64,000 nt of DNA from the NCBI RefSeq assembly GCF_009914755.1, contig NC_060928.1; one strand, given 5' to 3'. A program made the position numbers and the translations under genes. The notes beneath the pieces were generated by a model. That model saw nothing but the letters and a program-made list of their open reading frames with translations. It was not told the origin of the DNA and made no database searches. Numbering within the stretch: position 1 is the stretch's first letter; the number at the start of each line of letters is the position of its first letter. The stretch is from the human T2T-CHM13v2.0 reference genome, Homo sapiens. Shown here piece after piece: positions 14,191-29,135 of the stretch.

Positions 14191-14202
14191 GGTAGGAGTC
14201 AA

Positions 14203-14503
<301 letters not shown>

Positions 14504-14794
14504 TCAAGAAGGAAAGGAAGGCTCTGTCGTGTTCACTATTGTACTCCCAGCATCCATTTACATAGTAATTGGCACATGGAATTATTGGTTGAACAACAGA
14601 TGAATATATTATTCCTACATTCCAGATGAGGAAACTGAAATTCATAGAGGAAATACCTTGTCCCAAATCACAGAGCTGTACATGGTGCAGACTGCTTGAT
14701 CCCAGTGGCTTGGTTATTATGCCGCATAGACAATGAAGGAATTGCTAATTACAGACATATCTTACATTCAAGAATAGAGGCCTTAATTTCATAA

Positions 14795-15460
14795 ATCAAG
14801 GTAATATTTATGTGGCATAAAATGCATAAATCTCAAGTTTACAATTTGAGTTTTGAAGTATGTGTTTGCCCGTATAACCACTAATCTTACAGAAATGTGA
14901 ATATTTCCTAGAACATTCTCTCAGGCTCCTTGCCAGTCAATGCCATCCCCACACCCCAGACAGAGGTAGCCCAATGTTGCGGTCAATTACCATTAGATGG
15001 ACTTGCCTGTTCTTGAAATCATGTAAATGGAACCATCACTATTTACTTTTTGAGCCTCTTTTGTGTAACAATATTTTTGCAAGTCTTCTATGGTGTTTCA
15101 TGCATCAGTCATTCATTCCTTTTTATTGCTGAGTGGTGTGTCATTGTATGTACAGATCCAAATTGTTCATCCATTTCCCTGCCATGGTTTCTGACTATTT
15201 TTTAAGGCTGTTATAAATATTTTTGTATAAGTGTCCCTGTAGATATAAGTTTTAATTTCCTCTAGGTAATTAAATTCGAACTGCTAGGTCATTGGGATAG
15301 GTGTAAGTTTTACTTTACAAGGAACAGGCAAAGAGTTTTAAAAGTGGTTTTACTATTTTATCTTCTCATCACCAATTAATGAGAGTCCTAATTGCTCTAT
15401 AGCCTCAGCAATATTTGCTGTTGTCAGTCTCTACAATTTTAGCCATTTGATAGGTGTGAT
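14795..15460 (-). mobile_element. Old L1M (L1MB/ME-type) 3' fragment
   Basis: 'ttcattcctttttattgctgagt', 'ttgctgttgtcagtct...ttttagccatttgataggtgtg' are antisense L1M 3' motifs. Confidence 0.8.
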
Positions 15461-15568
15461 GTTTTGTTTTGAGGTAACTCAAAAGAAACACTCATTTTTC
15501 CGAGGTGGGAACTCTCCTTCCTGCTCTACCAGATAGAGCTCAACTTCACATTTATATTATCTGAGCTC

Positions 15569-15736
15569 TAGTGATGTGCTGGTAAATGTTTAACAGAACA
15601 TTCAGGAATGGTGGGGTACAAGGTCCTGACTTGTAGTATTTGCTAATTTCTTTGGTGTAAATACTGCCAGTAAGGATGATTTTAAGCTAGCAACACAATA
15701 GAAATGCACAAACTGGTTGGCTTTAACACATCACTG
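15569..15736. mobile_element. MER63-like hAT non-autonomous element
   Basis: Terminal inverted repeats agtgatgtg...cacatcact; internal 'ggtgtaaatact', 'ttttaagctagcaac'. Confidence 0.7.
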
Positions 15737-17049
15737 TCTGTCCATTACTTCACTGTAAGATTCAATCAATAGAAAAGAACATTCATTTTCCAAAGATAAT
15801 GACTGTATGTATAAGTGTATCCATGGTGTGAACCAAAGGTTGGTCATTCACAAAGAAGAGAGAGGTGGCTTTCCATTCCACTATTGGCCTCATCCTCAAC
15901 ATTTGAAGAATCTCAAATTATTGAGCTTGTGGGACTAAAATCTAGAACTTCATCTGCACTGATTAAAAGTTTGGCTGGGAGGATAAACGTGGATAATGGG
16001 AGAACAAACTGGGTTCTGAGGATGGCTGGATTTGAAATCATATGAACATCTTAGTTACTCCCAGGTGCTCAGGAAGTCCATAGGTTTCCATTTTCCAGCT
16101 GGGCAAATTTACCTCCTCTACCTAGATGCCCAGATGTCAAAGCTCTCCAAATTTGGGCTTTATCTTGCCTAACTGTTGCTATTTTCTATTGATCTCTGCT
16201 GCAAACTGGCAGCTCTCACTGCTCAGACAGAGGCCAACGTCTTCTCTACTATCAGAGCCTTCCCTCCTTCCAGCATTGCTCCCCTTGTCTAAGATACCCT
16301 CCCTTTTACCTCTGCTATTTTTTCCTTCCAAATCATTCATGCCCACCATTTATTGATTTCGTCTAGTTACCAATGCTGTGCACAGAGTTTTACACACATG
16401 GAATTATTGAATCCTTAAAAAAGTATTTCTGCTTTAAAAATGAGGTCACTGAGGCTCATAAAATTTAAATAATCACACACTAAAAGTGGCATTGCCAGAT
16501 TTTGAACTTTAGCACTTTTTATAACCAAAGCCCAGATGCTTTCCACTTTGTAGGAAGGTCTAATTAAAATCTCTAGAATTTAATTCTGGAGATTTTAAAT
16601 GGTCATTCATATTACACACACTGAACTGCTACATAACCATTATCTGCCTGACACAATTTCATACTTCATCTTCTGTTCCCAAAATGGTTGCTAGTCCAGG
16701 TCTGTGTAGACCCTGAATGCAAAGTAGAGAGAAAAACAGTTCATGGAATTATTCAGTTCAGTGTTAATATGAGCAGCTAAGATATTTAGACATTTTGATC
16801 TTGAGCCATGAGTTTTCTCACAACACAGAATTTTTCTGACATGGACATATTCTGACATGACTGTTTACTCTCTGTATGACCTTAGGCAACTTAACTAACT
16901 TCAGAATATCTGGAATAATAACATCTACCTTGGAGAACTACCATATATATTTAATGAAATAGCATATGTGAAGCATCAACTTCCATACCAGACACATATT
17001 AGAGACTAAATAAATAAAATAATAACTTATTATTTAGGTCAGGGTCAGT

Positions 17050-17510
17050 GGTTGTTACAGTGATGGTCACCAAAGAATCCTGCCTCCTATATTCATACCT
17101 TGGCATAGTCTCTTCCCACGTTGACTCTGGACCTAGCTACATAACTTGCTCTATTGAATGTTCAGAGTCTATTGAATGTTAGAAAACAGGATGAAAATAG
17201 AGACTTAGAAGTCACTTGCACACTAGGATTGCTTTCTGGCTCTGCATGAAAAAGCCTGGGCTAACCTGTCAGAGACACATAGCCCAACCAACACCCAACA
17301 CTAACTGCCAAACATGTGCATAAGGCCACGTTCAATCACCCAGCCCACGTTGCCAAGTTGTATGAGTGATCCCAGGTGAGACTGAGACTGAGACTGACAG
17401 AAGGGCTACTCACCTCAGTGCAGTCAAATTTACTAACGCACAGTACTACAAATAAATAAAATGGTGGTTGTTTCAAGCACTAAACTTTGGTATGATATGT
17501 TAGGCAGGAA
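17050..17510 (+). mobile_element. MLT1-family (MaLR) LTR
   Basis: 'tcttcccacgttgactctggacctagc...aaataaaatggtggttgtttcaagcactaaactttgg' MLT1-type start and polyA region. Confidence 0.7.
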
Positions 17511-18805
17511 AGTATCATTTAGGTTTGAACTTTACAGCACTTAGCATGCTAGCTCACACAGGGAAGGCGCTTGGTGCACATGCACTGAATTCTGTAAAAA
17601 GTATAAAACTTGTACATGAGACTGTGGTATTGCTGAAGGCAGGGACTAGGGTTTATATTTTCATGGCATCTCACACAGTTTGAATACAGAGAAGGTGCAA
17701 AATAAGGCTTTTGGCAGTCGTGAAAGCTTGACTTGATTTGCATTTAAAGAAAATCAGAGCCCTGTTTGTATGAACAGCAAAGCTATTTAGGCATCTTCTT
17801 GAGCCATGAGTTTTTCCACAACATGGAGTTTTTCTGACATGGAAATATATGAGCTAAACTTTTCATCGAAAGGCACATTCCAGGTCCTACGCTAGGAGAG
17901 GGTGACCTTCTCCCTAATTAGGAGAAATTAAAAACGGAGATCAGCAAGCAACAGATGCAGAGACTCAAACTAATCTGCCTTTCATTCTTCCAGGCTTGCT
18001 ACCTCAAATCCCTCGGCATGTGACTATGAGGGCACCTTTCACCATAGTTGTGTTGACATTTCTGTGGCTCCACATCTGGAAAGGCGACTTTTAAACTTTA
18101 TTCACAAGCTCACTTGTGGCTCCCTCTTGGCCTTTAAAGACACAAATACATGTCTGTGAAACCTACAGCTGAGAGTTTTGGGCCAAGATTTAGGAAGTGC
18201 TATTGGGATGTTAGCATGCTTCTTCTTGTCATGTACTTAAAAAAGGACACCCAGAGTGTACTGTCACTCTCTGGAGAACACAGTGGAAGAAGTGTCTTGC
18301 TTTGGAGCTCCCAACACACACTGAGGTCACCAAACTTGGCTCAACCATTTCTCTGCCTGGCAGAGTAGGCAACTTCCAGTGTGAGGAAAAGGACATTAAT
18401 CTGTTATCCATTAATACTAATAAATGATTCAGCCTTCCATGCACTGAGCAAAGAATAAAAAGCAAAAAGCTTAGTTCCATGCATTTTGGAAGAACTTACT
18501 CTAAAATGCACAATAGGCATAGTCATATCAGTGACTTAACTTCAAGAGACTTCATTTGCCTTTGTTTTTTAAGCTTCCTTCCCTAGGATGAATGAGAAAT
18601 TAAAATGTTGCTCTATGTTAGTGAGAAAGCCTCATAAAAGAGCAGACCAGCTTCCCCAAGCATATTCTGCAGAAGCAGGACTGTGATAATGCTGCACCAA
18701 CAATGAAAGACAAAGAAAGGAGAGGGGAATGAAACTATTTTTTATTCTTTGTATTCTAGACACTTAATATACAAGCTTATATTTAAGCAAAACCATGAGC
18801 AAGCA

Positions 18806-19200
18806 TAGTAGTTCATTTAGTGCTGCTATAAAAGAATACCTGAGACTGAGTTATTTATAAAGAAGAAGGTTTACTTGGCTCATAATTCTGCTGGCTAGAA
18901 GATTGGACATCTGGCGAAAACCTCAGGCTGCTTCCATTCATGGCAGAAGGCAAGGGGAGCCGATGTGTGCAGAGATCACTTGGTAAGAGAGGAAGCAAGA
19001 GCAAGGAGTAGGACATGCCAGGCTTTTTCAACAACCAGCTCTTGTGGGAACTAACAGATTGACAATTCACAAACTCCCCATTAATCTGTTCATGAGGGAT
19101 CCACCTCCATGGCTCAAACACCTTCCATTAGGCCTCACCTCCAACACTGGGGAGCAAATTTCAACTTGAGATTTGGAGGATACAAACCCAGACTATAACA
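18806..19200 (-). mobile_element. MST-family (MaLR) solo LTR
   Basis: 'tgctgctataaaagaatacctgagactg...catggcagaaggcaaggggagc...attaggcctcacctccaacactgggg...actataaca'. Confidence 0.88.
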
Positions 19201-20244
19201 CCCAGTTTGGTGGTGATGATCCTCATTCTACGTGAGCAAACTGAGGCTCAAAAAGTTAAGTAATTTTCCCAAGTTAAGTAATCTGTCAAGAGTTAAGGAA
19301 TTTGCCCAAGAGGATGGGCAGCTAATTAATGGTAGAACAGTGATATGAAGCTACCCCAGCCTGTGTTCCATGTAGGAAGTCTTAAACTAAAAAAGATACT
19401 ATTATTTAGAGATACCAACATGTCAGGCACTGTGCCATGAGCTTCAATATATCCATTTTCTTATATAAGCTATGAGGAAATTATAGCCTTTGATTTGTAG
19501 ATGAGGAAACTGCTCTGAGTCTGAATCCAAGTCTTTATAAACAGGTCTATGAATAATATGTACACACACACATACACACACATGCACATTTTGGGCCTAC
19601 CTAAAGTGGCCAACATTTTCATGAAGTGCACTAAGTCTTTTTGGCTGAAAACAGCCTAAAGGTCTTCTAAATCCTTTGCATGCTAGTAGTAAATACATAC
19701 TATGTCTATAGCCCTCCTCACTTTATAATCACCTGTTTTAACTTTCCCAACAATCCTATCAGGAAGGAAATATAATCACTTCACAGACAAAGAGCTAAGG
19801 ACCTAAGAAGTTGAGTAACTTGCTCAACTATCAACTCTGATAGATTTATCAGACAAAAATGGCAAACTCAGGCACTGAGCCCAGCAGTCAGCACCAGTGA
19901 TATACTTGACACTCATGTTTAGAGAAGTTCAGATGAAAATGACTTTGAGTGACAAATAGTAATATAAATGTATGCATGTGCTACTATCACAACTATGTAA
20001 AAAGATACATATATATATCTTACAATCTTTTATCAATGAACCTAATCACAAATACACATCAATAATTTCCATGTCCTCTTTTCCAGCCACTGGCCATTTA
20101 TTCAAGAAGCCATGATAGAGGAAAACTCACAGAAAGTCAGCAGTGGGAAGAGGAAAAGGTGAAAGAGGGAAGGCCATATCCACTGTGCGGCTTTAATAGC
20201 TTATCTACAGTACAGAAGTCGTTTGGGATCACTTGAGTGACAGG

Positions 20245-20460
20245 ACAGCTCAGTGGTTAGCTGTGAACTCTAAGGTCCAATAGACTTGGGTTTAAATTCT
20301 GGCTCAGTCCCTTGTCAACAAGTTGTGACCTTGGACGACTTATTTTGCATCTCTCAGTCTCAAGCAAAGATGCTCAACTCACAAAGACTGTCAAATGTAT
20401 TATAGCACTTGATGCAGTATGCATAACACACCAAGTGTCCAGAAAACTATAGCTCTCAAT
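20245..20460 (+). mobile_element. MIR
   Basis: 'cagtggttag...agacttgggtttaaattctggctc...tgtgaccttggac'. Confidence 0.65.
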
Positions 20461-22429
20461 ATGATATATTGCTCAGTCTTTTGTCCAAGAATGATCAGAG
20501 ACATCTCTTTCTCTGCCTGCAGTAACAGGGGTGATGCCTCATTCCTGGCTCATGGCTGCCTGGTCCAACCTAGAGGAGACCCTGCAAGGAAAGAATTGCC
20601 GCCAGTAACATAGACTTGATTAGGAACATCAAAGAGGATTTGCTTGGTTGCAGCAGTGTTTCCCCCGTCTCTGCATGCACATTCAAACCGCATCTCATGC
20701 AAACTCATAACCTGTAAAATTGTGTTTTGATTGGGTACACCACATATGCCCAGACTTATCTAACCAAGTCCCTAAGGAAAATTATAGAATACCATTTTTT
20801 TTTCTTACCCCTGTAGAAAAAGATTCAGTTATTACATTTTTTAAAATTCAGGGCAGGCATAACCATAGCTAGCTTTGACATTTCTGAACAGACCTGAATT
20901 TCCAGGAAAAGCATAGGTAACATAGCCAGTATACTAAGGTCTATTTTAGCACATAGAAAATGTGAGTGGATTCACAATATCCCAGAACAATCAATATTTT
21001 CTCTTGCATATCTGAAACAGATGAACCAAATATTTAAATTAGATTATGATGACATGGTTTATTCAACATTTCCCACCTGGTAAAACTACTTTTTGAATGG
21101 CATTATATATTATATGTGCACTTAGTAAACAGGTGTTTGATAATCCTTTAGAAGACATCACATGTGAATAAGATTCTAATTCTCACAGTTGCCTTCAAAT
21201 GAGAACATTACTTTTCATCTCGAAGGCAACCAACACATAGAAAAATAGCAGACACGTTGTGCATTTTTTTCTAATCTAGATTTATCAAGGGCTTCTTCCC
21301 CCTTTTCTCCTTCTTTGAGATAGGATGCAGTATGTGCAAAATGTTTTGTAAACTATAAGCCGTACACAAATATCAGTTGTTGTGCTGGAAAATAAATTTT
21401 ACATTTACCTTGGAACTGAACAACTACAATACTTTAGAGTTGGGAGGAAACCAGGAGGTCATAGGGTCCAACCTACCATTTTCAAGTAGGCCCCTACAAA
21501 TGAAAAACAGATGACATTTTAAACAGACCACTTTCAAATTAAATGTCAAATGCATATGATGCAACCTAACACACCGTAAACTCTTAGAACACAAAGATCC
21601 TCCCCAGTTTCTTCAAGAGGCCATCAAGACCCTCATGGAATTTATACATTCATTCTAGAAGTCTATAAAGGTGTATTGCTGGGTACCTCTTGGGGAACTC
21701 ATCTATTTTCATGGCTTTGGTGAGCACATTTTAAAGTTATCATCCTTAAACATGCTTTTAAGAGTCACCTTTGTAATTCTACTCCACACATTATTTTTTA
21801 CTCAGAGTCAACAGATATAAAGCATAATAAAGCAACCCAAGCCCGGACTCCCAATTGCTGGCTGGGAATTTAAACCTTTGGCTGCTAAATACCTCCGAAG
21901 TGCAAATTACAGTGGTTTCCTGACCTTGAAGAGGCTTGTTCAATGAAAGGAGAAAGTCAAGAAAAATCATACAATGGTGGGACTGAGAATGTCAGAGAGA
22001 GAAACGGAGAAAGAGCAAAAGGAAGTCAACCTAGCAGAAGAAACTAATTTACAAAATAAACCTTATTCAGTACATTTTCTGTAAATTAAAAAAAAAATCC
22101 ATGCTCTAAACAGTTATTTAAAATATATAAACTAGCTAATTTACCTGTGAATACTTCAACAAAAATGTGCTTTAAATTATTTAATATACACATTTATTAA
22201 GGCACTCAGATATTTTGAATACACCCCATGAGTGATCTTTGAATGGAAATTTAAAATTTACAAAACACTTTCACAAGCATCATCATATGTGCTTCATTCC
22301 ATAGCAGCCTTTGAGTAGTGGATATTGTTAAGATCTCTATCTTACCAACAAGGCATAAGAGCTTGAGCTCTGGAGACCAGCGTTTGGATTCACATTTTTA
22401 AACCTGGAACAATTTTTCTCTCTAAAGGA

Positions 22430-22625
22430 GCGATTTGCGTAGTAGTTAAGAGGTCAGGTTCTGGAACTGGTATTTCTGGGTTTGAATCCAATTCTACAAC
22501 CCTCATTGCCCCATTTTCCTGACTTGTGATATAGGGCTACTGTGAGGATTAAATGAGTAAATGTATATTAAGCTCATAAAGCCTAACACAAAGTAAGTTT
22601 ATGAAAGAGGACACTGTTATTATTT
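22430..22625 (+). mobile_element. MIR
   Basis: 'gcgtagtagttaagag...ctgggtttgaatcc...tgtgaggattaaatgagtaaatgtat'. Confidence 0.7.
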
Positions 22626-23247
22626 TACTTAAACAAAAAGAAAATATTGCAAAGAGCAATATTGCCAACAGAAAAAAGACAGTCTTACCACGCAGCCATT
22701 TTTTTTGTACTTTTTCCTTTCCTTATTGTCAGCCTAATTGCAATCATTCAGTATATACAAATCTGTACTCTGTGGTGTTTACTTAATACAGCATAAACAC
22801 TTTTCTTACAAACACCTTGTTCAATGTCTATATCCAGTGAATTTATTATAAGTAATCATTTCCTTAGTTTTTAAACAGTAAGATTATTTTCAATTTTAGT
22901 GTTAAAAATAACGTTATAATACATGTCTTTGGAAAGTTAGCGTTTTCCGCATACTGGATTATTTCCTAAGAAGGCATTTTCTCTGTGTATGCTTCTTAAG
23001 GGGAAGAAGCATGTCGTTTTCTTCACTGTTCAGTCTCCAAAGACTAGAGCCAGGTCTGACAACAAACAGTTGTAAATGAGTGAATGAGTGAATGAATGAA
23101 TGAACCACTTCAACAGATTCTTAAATGTTAAATATTGAATGCAAGTGTATACATAGTTCATCACCAAGTTCTAAAATATGAGATATTTTAAACCTATACA
23201 TTATTAATGGCATTATCAAACAGCATAAAAACAGGGTGCCATTTTAA

Positions 23248-23575
<328 letters not shown>

Positions 23576-23629
23576 AAATTTGTATTTCTTTAAAAACTAA
23601 GGAGTTTGCTTTCCCTATTAAGATCAATC

Positions 23630-23906
23630 AGCCAAGTGTGGTAGCTGACACTGGTAATCCCAACAGTTTGGGAGCCTAAAATGGGAGGACGGGTTGAGCC
23701 CAGCAGTTTGAGACCAGTCTGGGCAACATAGCAAGACCCCATCTCTAAAAAAAAAAAAAAAAAAATTAGCTGGGCGTGGTGGCACACTCCTATAGTCTCA
23801 GCTACTTGGGAGTCTAAGGTGAGAGAATCGCGTAAGCCTAGAAGGTGAAGGCCTGAGGCCCAGCCACTGCACTCTAGCCTGGGAGACAGAGACACACCCT
23901 GTCTCC

Positions 23907-23933
<27 letters not shown>
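23630..23933 (+). mobile_element. AluJ
   Basis: J-type 'ttgagcccagcagtttgagaccagtctgggcaacatagcaagacc'; A tail; TSD a(a/g)gatc(a/t)atca at 23620-23630 and 23933-23943. Confidence 0.93.
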
Positions 23934-23938
<5 letters not shown>

Positions 23939-25483
23939 TATCAATGGTGAGTCACCAAGCAACAGCTGTAGAAGTAAAAACTAAATACCTCACTTCTCCT
24001 CCCACTTCCCTGGGTGCCTCATTTCAAATTCCTTGGCCAATGACCTCCCTTTACTAAAGCTTTATTTACATTTCTGCAGTTGCACATCTGGAAAAGGAAC
24101 TTCTAAACTTTATTTCACAAGAACACTTGGGGCTCTCTCATATCCCTTTTTATGGTAAAGATATTAAGGATTTGTCTGTTATTTTTCTCTTAAGACTTTT
24201 TTTTCTAATTCTGCTTTTTGATGGGGTAACTGGGATACATCCTTAAAGCACAAAGTGTTTTAATGTTAAGAAATCAAATTGATTGACTCTGCATTTACAA
24301 GAACAATCCCCATGTCTTCTCTCATCTTGTTTCGTTTGTTTTGTTTTTGTTTTTTTGTCCATGACTTTTTAAGACATTGGTTTCGAGTGCTACTTCCCTG
24401 ATCTTATTGTTGATTTTCCTCACAACATTAGCACATTTTGCAGAAGCCCTGAAAACATTGCTTTTCCCTGACCTAACCCACCTAATGTTTTCTTCCACCT
24501 GCACTCATTTGATTTCAGGCTTGATACTGTATTAAACATTCAGAGCAAATGGATTGTGGTCTGTGGTTAAAAGGTACAAGAGGGAAAACTACATCATGTC
24601 ACGTCTCTGCTAATGGTAGGTCAAGAGTAAACATCCATAAGCAGATGCAGCGGAATCTACTGCCCACTGGGGGAAAGTTCACTCTGGCTCTTTAAGAGTC
24701 AACAGCTTAGACTCATGCAGTGCATGTTTCAGCCCAGTCCCAGATTAGAGATGTGGGGTCTCAATTTCACTGTATTAAAGCTAGCAGGTGGAGGCTGCAC
24801 AAGGTCAGTGGCCTTTGTTCTGTGGTCCCTGAAGCTCTAGAGGGCTTTCCAGGGGAGAAGTGGAATGCAAGAGTGTAAGCAGATCCCCTGCTCCCAAATT
24901 TATACATTAAGCCTCCTTATTAAAGAGCCGTTTTGGTAACTGCAATCACAACTGCAATGCATGTCATCGAGATCTCCTCTCAGCTCTTTCTGTGACTATC
25001 CCATGGCCGCCCCTGTTTCCTTTGAGCACTGGTGGGTGTTTTAGCTCTCTCAGTAACAGCTTTTTCTATCAAAGAAACCCAGATGGCAATAGGCAAAGCT
25101 TACTTTTCTCTCTTGCCTTCCTACGGCAGGCACAAAGACCTGACACATGTTAAGTGTTCCATAAATGTTTGTTATGGTTGCTAATACTATTTATCATATG
25201 GGCTACTACAAAATACATGATTCCCTATTATCCCAACATCTACTGTTTCTTGCAGCAACATCCTATGACAGCAACAGTGACAGGAATAAGACCAGAAGCA
25301 ATACTAATCGCATAGGACTTATGAAATACCTACCATGGGTAGGTCCTCTACTAGCTGGTTTATGTGTACTATCTCATTCAACCCCTTAATTTTCAAGTAC
25401 TACTAGTCCTAATTTATGGGGATATTAATTAGGAAATGGTGCAAGAGAAGTCAAATAGTTTGCCCAAAAGAAATGAGCTAATA

Positions 25484-25789
25484 AGCCTGGGCGCGGTGGC
25501 TCCTGCCTGTAATCCCAGCAGTTTGGGAGGCCGAGGTGGGTGGATCACCTGAGGTCAGGAGTTCAAGACCAGCCTGGCCAACATGGAGAAACCCCATCTC
25601 TACCAAAAATACAAAAAATTAGCCAGGCGTGGCAGCATGCGCCTGTAGTCCCAGCTACTCAGGAGGCTGAGGCAGGAGGATGGGATGGGGTGAACCCGGG
25701 AGGCAGAGCTTGCAGTGAGCTGAGATCACGCCACTGCACTCCAGCCTGGGCGACAGAGCAAGACTCTGTCTCAAAAAAAAAAAAAAAAA
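25484..25789 (+). mobile_element. Alu, mosaic S-type left arm / Y-type right arm, inserted in an antisense MIR
   Basis: Left 'ggatcacctgaggtcaggagttcaagaccagcctggccaacatgg'; right 'gtgaacccgggaggcagagcttgcagtgagc'. Confidence 0.95.
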
Positions 25790-27255
25790 GTTAATAAGTA
25801 GCAAGGCTGGATTATAAGGTCTGGTTCATCTGATCTCAACTCTCAGACTTTTTCTATGCAATGCACTCCCTAAGACCTCCGCCCATTCTTAACATGTTTT
25901 TACATTGTCTAATACACTTGGTTTAACAGATAAGAAGCCTCAGCTGTAACATGTAAACCTATCAAGATGGCTAACAAAGCTTTAATAATTTCAAATACCA
26001 AATAGCCCAGTGAATCCAGGTTTTAAAAATAGAAAGCAAAGTACATTCTATCTTGTCTACCCCTGGTGCTGTTGGTAAGCAAAAGATCAAACTCTTTAGC
26101 AGAACAAGTTGCATTTTAACTTATTGGAAGTGAGTCTAAAAATTCTATCTATATATTTTTTATGGCCTGAATGCATGGAAATCAGACTTTTGAAGGATGT
26201 TTTGTTACCTTCTGTAGTAGTTTGAGAGAGTATTTCTAGAGCTATAAAAACACTGAATATGTAAATTTTGGAAACATTTATATGTTAAAAATACTGAAAA
26301 GCAACTACGGGTAAGCATTGCTAAAAGCAGGTAGGGGAGATGCCACATTTGCAGTCTGTAGACTCCCTAGAGCTCTCCATTAATTCAGTCATGTCATTTA
26401 CATGAAAATGGGGCTCTCCTTTGTATTAAGATGCCAAAGCCAAATCACATGGACAATGCAAAAGAGCAGGCAAAGAGTGCTTTGTCACAAAAATATATAA
26501 TTTATTTCAACAATTTCTGTGGATTTTTGATATCAAAGTCTCTTTATGACACTGACAGTCATCAAGCGGATGTTTGTCAAAGTACATTTCCCAGATGTCT
26601 AAATAAAACAGTTTTGCCTTGATGAGTTTTATACTGAGAGCTGGAGAAGACTCCACTCTATTTTAATTTCTCTCCTTTTTCAGTATGTGTCATTTCATTC
26701 TCTTTTCAATTTGACTCTCACCCCAAAATTTGAATAGTTGAGGTTCTAGTTAGTTGGACCCCAATTAATGAAAAATCCCCCGTAATTGTTTTTATGGCAA
26801 GATAAAAACATTTCTATATGTTGTAATAACATGTAGAAAAATATTTATGCTCACTAGTAAGCCACAAAATACAAATGAGACTATCAACACCAAATAATTT
26901 TTGACTCTCAAATCAGCATAATATTTTTTTTCATGATACCATTTAACAGGGACCAGAATGTGGTCAGAGGGTCACTTATATCCATACTAATGGAAAGGTC
27001 AATTACTCAATACTGTTGGAAACTCAGTGTTAACATTCTAGAGGAAGATTTTAGGAAATGTCCAAACTCTTATTTTGTGACACCTCCTCCTTAAGGATGT
27101 TACCCAAATTTTGAAAAAATTCTTACATCAAAGATGTTTACCATAGTGGTAAAAAATAACAATCGTTAGAAACACCTAAACCTCTTGCAATAACTTATCA
27201 TCTTATTAAATGAAAGAAATACTTGGCAATCATTGGTAAAGGTTCTTTAACACAT

Positions 27256-27599
<344 letters not shown>

Positions 27600-28299
27600 T
27601 TAAATCTCTGCTATAATGCAAATGAAAAAGCCAAATATAAATGTAAAATACATAGAGTCTTGTGAAAAAAATAAAATAAAAATAAGTACTGAGAAAAATA
27701 AGCCAAATACTTAACTGTCAGGGTCTTTGATGAATGCTGAAAGGTATTTATTTTTGAAATCCAGCTACTTGTCTCTGTTTTTCTTACACTCTACAGTAAG
27801 TATATATTATATTGAAAGTAGGGACAAAGTGAATTTTAAAAAGCAAAAAAGAACTATGTAAAGGGTCTTGGCAACAAGTCATTAATAAAGGCTTACTGTT
27901 CATTCTAAATTAAGGCTATGTAACATGGTTCTGTACACAGATGAAAAGCTCAATTTGGAGAAGTCCATGTATATACACTATAATCTAATTAATGGCATTT
28001 GTACCCAAACTAATTTGAAATTTTAATGTTTTAAAACAATGTCAAAAATCTTGAGTATTCACATATTTGGCACACATTTCTAAGAAGACAGCAGATGTAT
28101 TCCATGGGTTTCCAGAGAAACATGAATGTACACATGAATAGAAGCTGCAGGAAGGCAGAGTCTAGTTAGCATGTGGAAGAATATTTGGCCTTCAGAGACA
28201 TCCAACAATGGAGTGGGCAGCCTAAGGACATATTAACCCTCCTCAGCTTGAACAGGATTTTAGCAGAAGCTGCAGCGTCATACACTAAAACAAAAGAAA

Positions 28300-29135
28300 T
28301 AACCTTCTCCCCATACTTTCTTTTAACTCCATCTAGGTAACCCCCATCTCAGTAAATAATAGCAATATCCACATACTTGCTGAAGACAAATATTTTAATC
28401 TTCTGTTTCCTTTGTCAGCCATATCTGATATATCAGCAAACAACATCGCAAATCCATCCACTTTTCCCCATCCCCACGGCCACCATCCTGGCCCAAGTCA
28501 GAATCATGTCTCCTGTTGACCACTGAAAGAGCCTCCTCAATCATCCACACTCTTTCCAGTAATGCACTCTCTGCATGGCCGCCTGAAAGCTACATCTACT
28601 GATATATCTGATTAAAGCCTAAATCAAATCACACCACTCCCTTACTGGTAGTTCTTCAAAGATTTCTCAAAGCACTAAAATGAAATCCCAAATTGAAAAT
28701 TGAAATTCCTTTCCCCGATCTACAAAGACCAAAAAATCTGGCCCCCACTATGCCTTCAATTTAATCCCAGGCCATTTGCTTCATCCATATTCATTTTTTT
28801 CCCTCTGTCTTTCTTTTGCTGTACTTGCCATTGGCTCCTGCCTGTTAGTTCTCTCCCAAGATGCTCACAGGGCTGGCTTCTTCTCAAAAATGTCTTTGTT
28901 TAAATATCACTTCCCCTGGGAGGACTTCTGTGACCACCCCAACTAAAGTAGCCCCAAACGTACTGTCTTTCATCTTCCTCTTTTGCTTCTTGCTATCATA
29001 TTTCTTTTTCTTTTAAAAATTGATTTCTTCTAATGCAAGATCAAGGAGAAAAGGATCTTATTCATCGTGTCCATTGTTTCATTCAAAATGCCTGGCATCA
29101 AGCAATTGTTTAATTAATACCGATAGAATGAATGT
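28300..29135 (+). mobile_element. L2 fragment
   Basis: 'ccatctcagtaaataatagcaatatccac', 'gccaccatcctggcccaagtc', 'atgcctggca...gaatgaatg'. Confidence 0.75.
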
